Shown here piece after piece: positions 1 through 13,188 of a stretch of DNA of 64,000 nucleotides (position 1 is the stretch's first letter; every line of letters starts with the position of its first letter). The stretch lies in assembly GCA_963700145.1 (NCBI GenBank), contig OY969474.1:1184001-1248000 (forward strand), in the 5' to 3' direction. Both the position numbers and the translations under genes were made by a program. The stretch comes from an uncultured Acidobacteriota bacterium. Its GTDB lineage: Bacteria > Acidobacteriota > Thermoanaerobaculia > Multivoradales > UBA5704. The notes beneath the pieces are model-generated. The model searched no databases, had not been told where the DNA came from, and was given only the letters and a program-made list of their open reading frames with translations.

Positions 1-787
1 CGTTCGGCGCCCAGACCGAGAACCAGGTGCCCGTGACGCCGTCCACCTCGCCGGGATGGGCGCCCAGCTTGTCGGCGAGGCGGCGGTGCGTGCCCTCGTT
101 GAAGAGGTAGAGGTCTTCGTCGGTGAGCGGGCTCGGCGGGGGCTCGGGAGCCGGCTCGGGCTCCGGAGTCGGCTCGGGTGACGGAGCCGGAGGTTCGGGC
201 TCGACGGGCTCGGGGGCCGGCTCGGGCTCCGGGGCGGGCGCCTCCGGCTGGGGATCGGGCTCGACGAGACGCGCCGGCGGCTCCGGGGGCGGCGGCATCA
301 CAGGCCGCCGCGGACGCCGCGGGCGCGTCGGTCTAGGCGGTGGCTCATCGGCCTCCGAAGGCTCCTCCGACGAGCCCTCCTCACCCTCTCCAGCCTTCTC
401 CGCTCCACCCGCTTCCCCACCCGGCTCTTCCTCCCCCCCCGCAGCCCCCGGCATCCGGGTCACCAGCGGCGCCCGGCCCTGCCATCCCGAGCGGCCGGCG
501 CGCCGCTCCGGCGGCAGGAGCCCTTCGGGCGGCTGCGACTCCGGATCGCTCCACACCACCGCCGGGCCGGCCGGCGCGATCGACCCCTTCTTGCCGCGCG
601 CGCCGCCGCGCGGGGCCGCCTGCCCCGCCGGCGGTCTGCCGCGTCCGGCACCGCCGCCGCGCGGCCGGCCGCGCCGCCGGCCGCCGCCCGGGCGCCGGCC
701 GCCGCGTCCTGCTCCCTGGCCGCCGCCGCCAACCCCGCCCCCCCCGCCGCTCCCGCCGCCGCCTCCCTGGTTCCGCTCGTCCGCCAT
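1..787 (-). CDS. glgB: 1,4-alpha-glucan branching enzyme, 5' part only (runs off the window start), with a long low-complexity N-terminal extension
   Basis: Manual translation of the minus strand from ATG 787 (3 nt after the malQ stop) is open to position 1. It ends in [42 protein letters not shown], the typical GlgB N-terminus. It lies in the glgE-treS-malQ operon and is absent from the ORF track because it is truncated. Confidence 0.9.
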   Translation of the reverse strand, partial: MADERNQGGGGGSGGGGGVGGGGQGAGRGGRRPGGGRRRGRPRGGGAGRGRPPAGQAAPRGGARGKKGSIAPAGPAVVWSDPESQPPEGLLPPERRAGRSGWQGRAPLVTRMPGAAGGEEEPGGEAGGAEKAGEGEEGSSEEPSEADEPPPRPTRPRRPRRPVMPPPPEPPARLVEPDPQPEAPAPEPEPAPEPVEPEPPAPSPEPTPEPEPAPEPPPSPLTDEDLYLFNEGTHRRLADKLGAHPGEVDGVTGTWFSVWAPN

Positions 788-790
788 CGT

Positions 791-2854
791 CTACCCCCTG
801 CGCAGCTCGTCGACCCGCCGCAGCGTCGCCAGCACCTCGGGGTCGGTCGAGAGCTCCTCGAAGCCGAGCCGCGCCTTGCGCCGCCAGTTGGGCCGCTCGT
901 CGGTCGTCCCCGGGACGTTCTGCGGCTCCGTCTCCCCCCAGAGGTCCTCCAGGTTCACCAGCATCAGCCGTGCCGGGCTCGCCGCCAGGCGCTCGAGAAG
1001 GCGCCGCAGCACTTCTTGAACATCGGGCGGCTCGTCCTGCAAATCGCGGGGCCGGACCAGCGCCTCGAGCTCCCGCCGGGTCGCCTCCCGCCGCTCGCGC
1101 TCGACGCGCGCCTGCTCCTCGTCGAGGAGCCCCAGCTCCTGCCGGTCGGCGATGTCCAACCCCTCCCAGAAGGCCTTGAACGGCGGCATGTCGTGCGTGT
1201 TGAGGCTGGCCACGGTCGCCGCCGGCGGGGTCCGCTCCAAACCCGGCGCCCCCGGCGCCAGCTCATACTGCATGACGTACATGCCGAGCACGCCGCGCCG
1301 CTCCAGCGCCGCGTTGACCTCCGGCGGTACGGTCCCCAGGTTCTCGCCCACCAGCAGCGCCTGGTAGCGGTGCGACTCGAGAGCCAGCACCGCGAGCAGC
1401 TCCTCCGCAGGGTACCGCACATAGACCCCGTCCTTCGCCTCCAACCCTTGCGGGATCCAGAACAGCCGGTAGAGCTGCATGACGTGGTCGAGGCGGAGGA
1501 CGCCGGCGTGCTCCAGGTGGTGGCGGAGGCAAGCGACGAGGTAGGCGTAGCCCTGCTCGCGCAGCGCCTCGGGCTTGAGCGGCGGGAAGCCCCAGTCCTG
1601 CCCCTTGGTGAAGAAGGTGTCCGGCGGCGCGCCGGCCGACGCCCCCTCGGCGAAGAGGGCGCGCTCGCGCCAGACGTCGTAGGCGGCGCCGTGGACGCCG
1701 ACCGGCAGGTCGAGGTAGAGGCCCGGACCGCGGCGCCGCGCCTGGTCCGCCAGCTCGCGCATCTGCGCGTCGGCCGCCCACTGCGCCCAGAGGTGGTAGC
1801 GGAAGTCCTCGGCGTCGTAGTCGGCCGGCGCCAGGCTCCCGGCGCGCAGCCGCTGGGGCCAGCACTGCCAGGGCTCCCCGCGCCGGTCGCCGACGGCGCG
1901 GAAGGCCGCCCAGCGCTCGACTTCCGGGCGCGCCGCGAGGAAGCGCTCGAAGGCGTCGCGGCGGTCGGAGGGGCGGGCGAAGAAGCTCTCCGCCAGCTCC
2001 TCGAGGACGCGGCGCTTGAGCGTGATGACCCGCTCGTAGTCGACCAGCGCCGAGGCGCGCGCCGCCTCGACCTGCGACTCCAGCTCGACGCTCTCGAGGA
2101 GGCGCCGCACCCCCGGGGCGTGCTCCACCTCCGGCAGGGCCCGCGGGTCGAGGTAGAGCTCGTTCCAGAACAGGCGGCTCGCCGGCCCGTACGGGCTGGG
2201 CTCGAACGGCTGGTCGAGGAAGGCGGCGAGGAGCGGCAGGGTGGCGACGACACCGCCGCCGAGACCTGCCGTCCAGTCGGCCAGCGCCCGCAGGTCGCTG
2301 AGGTCGCCGGCCCCCCAGCTCGCCCGCGTGTGCAGCGCGTAGAGCGGCAGGAAGACGCCCCAGAGCCGCCCGCCGTCGCCCTCCCACGCCCGCTCCGGGG
2401 CGGCGAGCACGGACGCTTCCGCGGTCCGCCCGCCGGCGCTCACCGTCAGCCGGTGGTGGCCGGGGGGGAGGCCGGCGAGCGGCAGCGCCAGGCGCGGCGT
2501 GCCCTCCGGGCCGGGCGCCGCCGCCGACAGGTCGCGGGCGGCGACGCGCCATTCCTTCTCGCCCCCCTCCTCGAAGCGGACGTGGACGACCGCCTCGCCG
2601 CCGAGGAGGCGGAGCGGCGCGCTGCCGGCGCCGTTCCAGGCCACGACGACCGGCTCGACGAGCTGCTCGGCCAGCTCCTGCCGCCGCGCCGCCAGGGACT
2701 CCGCCGCGTCGCCGTCCACCAGCGCGTCCAGCGCCGCGAGCGTCCCCGCCAGCGCCTCCTCGCTCGCCCGCCGCGGGGCGCCGTTCACGTCCTGGTACTC
2801 GGTCTCGACGCCGTAGAGCCGCGCCAGCTCCCGCAGCGCGTCCGGTCCGGGCAC
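791..2854 (-). CDS. malQ: 4-alpha-glucanotransferase (amylomaltase, GH77)
   Basis: Motifs WGVFLPLYAL, WGAGDLSDL, YLDLPVG, GAPPD..GQDWGFPP, LRLDHVM, GENLG, NTHDMP, QNVPGT..PNWR. Start moved to GTG 2854 because the track ORF (to 3094) overlaps treS. Confidence 0.93.
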   Translation of the reverse strand: MPGPDALRELARLYGVETEYQDVNGAPRRASEEALAGTLAALDALVDGDAAESLAARRQELAEQLVEPVVVAWNGAGSAPLRLLGGEAVVHVRFEEGGEKEWRVAARDLSAAAPGPEGTPRLALPLAGLPPGHHRLTVSAGGRTAEASVLAAPERAWEGDGGRLWGVFLPLYALHTRASWGAGDLSDLRALADWTAGLGGGVVATLPLLAAFLDQPFEPSPYGPASRLFWNELYLDPRALPEVEHAPGVRRLLESVELESQVEAARASALVDYERVITLKRRVLEELAESFFARPSDRRDAFERFLAARPEVERWAAFRAVGDRRGEPWQCWPQRLRAGSLAPADYDAEDFRYHLWAQWAADAQMRELADQARRRGPGLYLDLPVGVHGAAYDVWRERALFAEGASAGAPPDTFFTKGQDWGFPPLKPEALREQGYAYLVACLRHHLEHAGVLRLDHVMQLYRLFWIPQGLEAKDGVYVRYPAEELLAVLALESHRYQALLVGENLGTVPPEVNAALERRGVLGMYVMQYELAPGAPGLERTPPAATVASLNTHDMPPFKAFWEGLDIADRQELGLLDEEQARVERERREATRRELEALVRPRDLQDEPPDVQEVLRRLLERLAASPARLMLVNLEDLWGETEPQNVPGTTDERPNWRRKARLGFEELSTDPEVLATLRRVDELRRG

Positions 2855-2865
2855 GCCCGCCCGCC

Positions 2866-6174
<3,309 letters not shown>

Positions 6175-6192
6175 GGACTCCAGGTGGGAAGG

Positions 6193-8259
<2,067 letters not shown>

Positions 8260-8335
8260 CCGTCCCTCCGCGGCGCGTAGTTTTCCAGACCGGAGCGGTC
8301 GGCGCTAGGTGGGGGTCGTGTGGCTCGTCCGCCGA

Positions 8336-9094
8336 CTAGACCTTCCGGGCGACGACGATGTCCTGGTAGTAGGGACCGGCGACGGCCTTCCAGTAGCCGG
8401 CGTGCAGGGAGACGGGCTGCAGGCCGTGACGCTCCAGATGGCGGGCCACCCAGCTCGGCTCGTAGGCGATCCCGTCCTCGGGAACGTCGGGATCGTGCAG
8501 CAGGCCTTCCTCGATCGGGTAAGAGAACGTGGGGTACGTCGTGCCGGTCCGGGCGGCCAGCCACCCGGCTTCATCGAGAAGAAAGTACGTCGAGAAGAGC
8601 CGGCCCCCGCTGCGGAGCGAGCGGGAGATCTGCGCCATGTAGTTCTGCGCCGCCCCGGGAAGGAGGTGGGTGAAGATCGAGATGGCGATGACGAGATCGA
8701 ACGACGCCGGCGGCCAGGTGAACACGTAGTGTTCCGGCGGGACCGACCCGTTGACGTTGTAAGCCGGCGTGCGGACGTCGGCATGAAAGAACTCGAATCG
8801 GCGCGGGGGCAGCTGCAAGTGCTCCGCGCACCAGTCGACGTAGACCTTCGCCGCGTCGAAGCCCACGTAGCGCCCGAACGGACCGAGGCGGTGCGACAAC
8901 GGCCAGGCGATGCGCCCCAGACCGCAGCCGACGTCCAGCACCCGATCCGAACGCCGAATCCCCGCGAGCTGCGCGATGAGCGCCACGGTGTGCTCGCCCG
9001 TCTGCCAGTAGTCCCCCGGCCCCATCCCATCCACGAGGTTGGCCGGCGGCAGCGGCGGCCGTCTGCGGTTCTGCTTCAGTGACCAGAGCGACAC
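8336..9094 (-). CDS. Class I SAM-dependent methyltransferase
   Basis: Motif I VLDVGCGLGR, FDLVIAISIFTHL, and a C-terminal YQDIVVA motif. Confidence 0.85.
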   Translation of the reverse strand: MSLWSLKQNRRRPPLPPANLVDGMGPGDYWQTGEHTVALIAQLAGIRRSDRVLDVGCGLGRIAWPLSHRLGPFGRYVGFDAAKVYVDWCAEHLQLPPRRFEFFHADVRTPAYNVNGSVPPEHYVFTWPPASFDLVIAISIFTHLLPGAAQNYMAQISRSLRSGGRLFSTYFLLDEAGWLAARTGTTYPTFSYPIEEGLLHDPDVPEDGIAYEPSWVARHLERHGLQPVSLHAGYWKAVAGPYYQDIVVARKV

Positions 9095-9199
9095 ATACCT
9101 TCCTAGCGACGCCCAATGCTACTGCCGGGCTGCACGTCCACGTGCAACGCCTGGCCGATGGAATCGCCGAATCTGCGATCTGCGCTACACTCCTCACAG

Positions 9200-9679
9200 A
9201 TGGACGATTCGGGCGACTGGCTGGCGCAGAAGATCGCGGAGGACGGCGAGCGCATCCTTTCTCTGCTGCGCAGAGTCGTCGCCACCTGCGGGGTGACCCG
9301 CAAGGAGCTCGATGAGATCCTGCACAAAGGGGCGGGGTTCACGAGCGCGGTCCTGACCAGTCGGATCGAGCTCAAGCAAGAGCACGTCTCGGCGATCCTT
9401 CTCGGGCTCGGGGTCCACCCGAGCCTGTTCTACGAGGTGCTCTACCCCAGGGACCGCCCCATCGGGCCGATCGAGGCGACGGCCGATGCCGCCCGGCGGC
9501 TGGCGCTCGCCAGCCTCGGGCCGCCGCAGGTTCCGGCCCCGCCGCCGCCCGCTCCGCCGTCGCTCTCCCCCGCCGAGATCCAAGCGCTGATCGACGAGTC
9601 CGTGCGGCGCGCTCTCGCCGGCGCCGCGAGCCAGCCGCAGCGCAAGCGGCAGCCCGGCAAGCCGAAGCGCGCGCCTTAG
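9200..9679 (+). CDS. Putative HTH (XRE-like) DNA-binding protein with Pro-rich tail
   Basis: VTRKELDEILHKGAGFTSAVLTSRIELK..HVSAIL..LGV.P..FY fits an XRE-type helical bundle. Start chosen at ATG 9200, 8 nt after a TACACT box. Confidence 0.55.
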   Translation: MDDSGDWLAQKIAEDGERILSLLRRVVATCGVTRKELDEILHKGAGFTSAVLTSRIELKQEHVSAILLGLGVHPSLFYEVLYPRDRPIGPIEATADAARRLALASLGPPQVPAPPPPAPPSLSPAEIQALIDESVRRALAGAASQPQRKRQPGKPKRAP

Positions 9680-9691
9680 GAGGACGAACCC

Positions 9692-10228
9692 GTGGAATCC
9701 GTGAAGACAACCTCTGAATCGCGCACTTACGAAGTCAGGGCCTGGGAGTTCAACCTTCTCTTCGTCGAGCTCATTCTGCTCGCCGCACTGGCCGTCGCCT
9801 GGATCTGGTCGCTCGGCCCTAGTTTCCTCGGCGCCGGGCCGCCCTGGGCGAACGCCGCCCTGAAGGGATTTGGGTTCTTCCTCCTCGGGCTGGCGCTCTA
9901 CCCCGTGCTTTCGATCCAGAGCAGGAATTCGCACGGGCGCGAGCTGTCGCTCGGCCTCTGGATTGCCGGAGCCTTCGCGGCCTCCGTGTCACACACGACT
10001 GAGAGAGTGGCCCCTCCGGCGAGCGGCGCGGTGACGCCGCTCGCCGGCCTAGCTCAAGACGCATCCCCAATCAGGCGAATCAGGGTTGAGCGAAGATCAC
10101 GTCGTAGGTCGAAACCGGCCGCAGCTTCTCCTGCGAGTTTGACGACCAGGCGCGAGCTTGATACCGCAGGAGATTGCCGTGGGCATCTCTCCGCTCCACC
10201 GTCCTGTACGTGTACTCCAGAGCTGTGA
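9692..10228 (+). CDS. Small hypothetical membrane protein (3' end doubtful, possibly frameshifted near 9990)
   Basis: AGGAGG RBS upstream and about three hydrophobic segments in the first ~100 aa. The remainder runs through a hairpin and overlaps the convergent gene. Confidence 0.45.
   Translation: MESVKTTSESRTYEVRAWEFNLLFVELILLAALAVAWIWSLGPSFLGAGPPWANAALKGFGFFLLGLALYPVLSIQSRNSHGRELSLGLWIAGAFAASVSHTTERVAPPASGAVTPLAGLAQDASPIRRIRVERRSRRRSKPAAASPASLTTRRELDTAGDCRGHLSAPPSCTCTPEL
10016..10047. terminator. GC-rich hairpin between convergent genes, probable terminator
   Basis: Perfect 13-bp inverted repeat ccggcgagcggcg / cgccgctcgccgg with a 6-nt loop. Confidence 0.5.
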
Positions 10229-11030
10229 TCGCCGTCTGCGCGAGCGGCCGGATCTCAGCGGATTGCGACACGCCGTCGCGGTTCGTGTCGACCCAAACGC
10301 AAAGCTCACCGAACACGGCGTCGGCCGCGTCGATCAAGCCGTCGCCGTTGCCACCGAGTTGCAGATCATCGAGTTCGGCGAGGGCCGCATAGCCGATCTG
10401 CGCCCGCTCGCCCGACAAGAGCCGGGTAGCCCAGCCAAAGAGCTCTCCTCCATCGTCGATCACGCCATTGGCGTTGAGGTCGCGGCAGAGAAAGGCATCC
10501 TCCTCGCCGGCGCTAGTCCAGGCCAGCGCCTCGGGAGCGCCGTCGGCATCGAGATCGAACCAGGCCGGCTCCTCCGGACCGGAAAGGTGGAAACCGTTCT
10601 GGTCCAGGTCAAGAAGAATCGGACACCCATCAGGGGGCGGGCTGTCCGCCGGCAGGCAGGCTTGATTCGAGCCCCATTGGTTCGTGTAGGACGAGCCATA
10701 GATCGAGACGGTGACGCGAGCACGGTAACACTGACCGGCCGTTCCTGTATTGCGAATGTAACCGATGTATTCGCCGGCACTGACGTACGACTCCCCAGCC
10801 AGCCAGCCGCCGTCCTCCGTATCGTAGATGTAGTGGTCGCCTGCGAGCTGACACTGGGGATCCGCGTGGCCGAGGAAGTTGAAGCACTCGACCGCGGCCG
10901 AGGAGTCGATATTTTGGTTTCCGCGCCTAGTGATGGCGATCGAGCCGACCGCGTAGCTACCCTGCGAGGCCGCGGGCTGTGGAAGGGCAAAGCACGTGAG
11001 AAGCAAGGCTGCGAGGCTGCCGCGCCTCAT
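10080..11030 (-). CDS. Secreted protein: Cys-containing N-terminal domain plus FrpC self-processing-module-like Ca2+-binding domain
   Basis: Signal peptide, then PILLDLDQNG, FDLDADG...LAWT, DAFLCRDLNANGVIDDGGELFG, GYAALAELD, NGDGLIDAADAVF..LCVWVDTNRDGVSQSAEI. This motif order matches SPM-type domains. Confidence 0.7.
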   Translation of the reverse strand: MRRGSLAALLLTCFALPQPAASQGSYAVGSIAITRRGNQNIDSSAAVECFNFLGHADPQCQLAGDHYIYDTEDGGWLAGESYVSAGEYIGYIRNTGTAGQCYRARVTVSIYGSSYTNQWGSNQACLPADSPPPDGCPILLDLDQNGFHLSGPEEPAWFDLDADGAPEALAWTSAGEEDAFLCRDLNANGVIDDGGELFGWATRLLSGERAQIGYAALAELDDLQLGGNGDGLIDAADAVFGELCVWVDTNRDGVSQSAEIRPLAQTAITALEYTYRTVERRDAHGNLLRYQARAWSSNSQEKLRPVSTYDVIFAQP

Positions 11031-11725
11031 TGACAGCCTCCTTCCGCCTGCCTCAGCTGTTCTGGCCAGCTCTCGTGCTCTGGCCAGACGATGCCGATGT
11101 CGGGAGCGACAGCCTCATAGAGAAAACGATCGAACCATGCGGCCCCAAACTCATTACGCGCCCGCACGAGTCCACGATGGCGCTTCTCGCAGAAGCCATG
11201 TGTGGCTTCGTCAATCCTCATCGAAATGCCTTCGCGCGCTGCCTTCGGTGCTCGATTGAGCTCGGCGATCAGAGCCCGGCGAGTGTTCGCCGCTGCCAGG
11301 TAGTCTCCGCCGCCGACTTGGAGGCGCACCCAAAAGTTCGCGGGCAGCCCTCCTCCAGGCGCTCGCGCCTCGACTTGCCGGCGGAAATCCTCTTGCAGTG
11401 ACACCAGTGGATGGAACGCGCGGGAGAGGAGGTGCTGGTAGACCTCCCAAGGTAGAAGCAGCTCGGGATTACGGGCTCCATTGATCACGGCAAACCCTGG
11501 CGCCGGAACAGGCCCCGGTTCGTCCTTCCTCGCGAGAGCCGCCGCGCGGCGCGCCGCGATCTGCTCGGGATCGAACCGGGCGGCCAACCGGTCTTCGGTC
11601 GTCCACTCCCACGCCGGCTTGGGAGTGGCCTCCGTCCGATCGGATGCCGCGAGCGGGAGAAGGGGGGAAAGGGAACAAAGGATCCCCAGCCATCCCGCCC
11701 TGCTGATTTCGGTAAACCTCCGCAT
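11027..11725 (-). CDS. Secreted hypothetical protein, translationally coupled to the downstream SPM-like gene
   Basis: Start set at ATG 11725 (MRRFTEISRAGWLGILCSLSPLLPLAA, signal-like). Body has KPAWEWTTEDRLAARFDP, INGARNPELLLPWE and FDRFLYEAVAP. Its TGA overlaps the next ATG. Confidence 0.7.
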   Translation of the reverse strand: MRRFTEISRAGWLGILCSLSPLLPLAASDRTEATPKPAWEWTTEDRLAARFDPEQIAARRAAALARKDEPGPVPAPGFAVINGARNPELLLPWEVYQHLLSRAFHPLVSLQEDFRRQVEARAPGGGLPANFWVRLQVGGGDYLAAANTRRALIAELNRAPKAAREGISMRIDEATHGFCEKRHRGLVRARNEFGAAWFDRFLYEAVAPDIGIVWPEHESWPEQLRQAEGGCQ

Positions 11726-12018
11726 AGGATGCCCTCGGACGGAGCACCGTCCCGGTGCCGGGATTGGAACCTGCGGCTCTCGTCCTTCCTCAGTTTCTAA
11801 AGTGCGGACTTTACCGCCGGATGGGACAAAAGACAAGAAAACCGTGGAGGACGCAACAGAAACGGTCCCAGGGAGGCTGTAGAAACACCAGGAGGGGCCT
11901 CCGAGACTATCCCGCGGAGGAGTCGGCGCGTTAGCGCTCGTTGTACTTGAGGCCGCTCTCAAATGCCGAGTGCGGCGAAAGCCCCTCGGCGGGACAGCTC
12001 CGATTCCCGGCCAATGGG

Positions 12019-12270
12019 GAAGCTTCCCTTTTGAAAAGCGAAGCTTCCCCTTTGCAGAGCGAAGCTTCCCTTTTCGTTGGCGAAGCTTCCCTCTTGAAAG
12101 GCGAAGCTTCGCTTTCCGACGGCGAAGCTTGTCTTTTGGAAAGCGAAGCTTCGCTCTCGGACAGGGAAGCTTCCCCTTTGCACAGCCAAGCTTCGCTTTC
12201 CGGTGGCGAAGCTTCGCTCTTGAAAAGGGAAGCTTCGCCAACGCGTGGCGGGGCTTCCCGCCGGGGTAGC
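12019..12270. repeat. Tandem array, 21-bp period, palindromic AAGCTT core; 11 units plus 1 degenerate unit
   Basis: (G)AAGCTT starts at 12019, 12040, 12061, 12082, 12103, 12124, 12145, 12166, 12187, 12208 and 12229, exactly 21 nt apart; the rest of each unit varies. Confidence 0.92.
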
Positions 12271-12314
12271 ATCCACTCGCTCAGCAGCCGACGTACATGC
12301 TCCCGGAGGGTCAC

Positions 12315-13169
12315 ATGCCCGACGTGTGGGAGCCGCTGGTCCGGATCGACACCGCGCGGTGGATCGCCGCGCGGCAGCAGCTGCATGCGGCGGCGCAGGC
12401 GGCCGCGGCGCCGGGGAAGCAGCTCCTCCCCCACCAGCCGGACTTTAGCGAGCAGAGCTTCTGCTGGGACGAGGCGGCGCGGGCGCTGGCGCAGGGGGTG
12501 ATCGCCGGGCCGCGGCCGGTGCGCTCGGCGCTCCGGCCCGACCCGCCGGCCCTTCTCCTTCTCGACGGCGCAAGCCCCGCCGCACTGCGCGAGCTGCCGC
12601 TCGACGGCCTGACCCTCGAAGACGCCTTCGGCTGGCTGGAGTCCGAGCTCGCCGCGCTCCTCGGCCGCCCGGTGGCGTTCGACCGGCCGGCCGAGCCGCC
12701 GCCGCTCCCCACCGGCACCGGCGGCCGCTTCTCGACCGCCGACACCGAGGCCTTCGCGGCCCTCGCCGCCTGGTTCGCCGGCGGCCACCGGCTGCTCGCC
12801 GCCGTCGCGGCCTGCCACCCGGGGGCCGCGCCGGTGCGCTGCTGGCCGCACCACTTCGACATCGCCACCCTGCTGCCGCTCGACGAAGGCGGCGATCCGG
12901 AGACCGCGCGCTCGATCGGCGTGGGGCTCCAGCCGGGGGACGGCGCGCGGCCGGAGCCCTACCTCTACGTCACCCCCTGGCCCTACCCGGACGCCGCGCG
13001 CCTGCCGCCGCTTGCCGTGGGCTGCTGGCACATCGAGGGCTGGACGGGCGCGGTGCTGGAGGCCGAAGCTCTCGTCGCAGCGGGCATGGCGGCGGAGCAG
13101 GCGCGCCGGGCCGAGCGCTTTCTCGACGGGGCGGTCGCCGCCTGCCGGGAGCTGCTGGAACGGGACTGA
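12315..13169 (+). CDS. Conserved hypothetical protein (DUF5996-like)
   Basis: RQQLHAAAQ, VRCWPHHFDIA and IGVGLQPGDG..PEPYLYVTPWP motifs; GGAGG RBS before ATG 12315. Confidence 0.65.
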   Translation: MPDVWEPLVRIDTARWIAARQQLHAAAQAAAAPGKQLLPHQPDFSEQSFCWDEAARALAQGVIAGPRPVRSALRPDPPALLLLDGASPAALRELPLDGLTLEDAFGWLESELAALLGRPVAFDRPAEPPPLPTGTGGRFSTADTEAFAALAAWFAGGHRLLAAVAACHPGAAPVRCWPHHFDIATLLPLDEGGDPETARSIGVGLQPGDGARPEPYLYVTPWPYPDAARLPPLAVGCWHIEGWTGAVLEAEALVAAGMAAEQARRAERFLDGAVAACRELLERD

Positions 13170-13188
13170 GACCCTGGGAGGAGGAACG

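Noticed and set aside
123-1019. Gly/Ser/Pro-rich plus-strand ORF
   Set aside because: In-register antisense of the glgB N-terminal extension; the minus strand has operon context and GlgB motifs.
11726-12241. Lys/Arg-rich N-terminal extension (AKL/GKL heptads) on the 11027 gene, resembling a histone-like protein
   Set aside because: It arises from reading through the 21-bp array. A signal-peptide start at 11725 is more plausible, although translation cannot be strictly excluded.
12019-12270. CRISPR array interpretation (also considered for 53518-53855)
   Set aside because: The conserved part is only 5-8 nt, the variable parts are ~13 nt and resemble each other, and there are no cas genes in the window.
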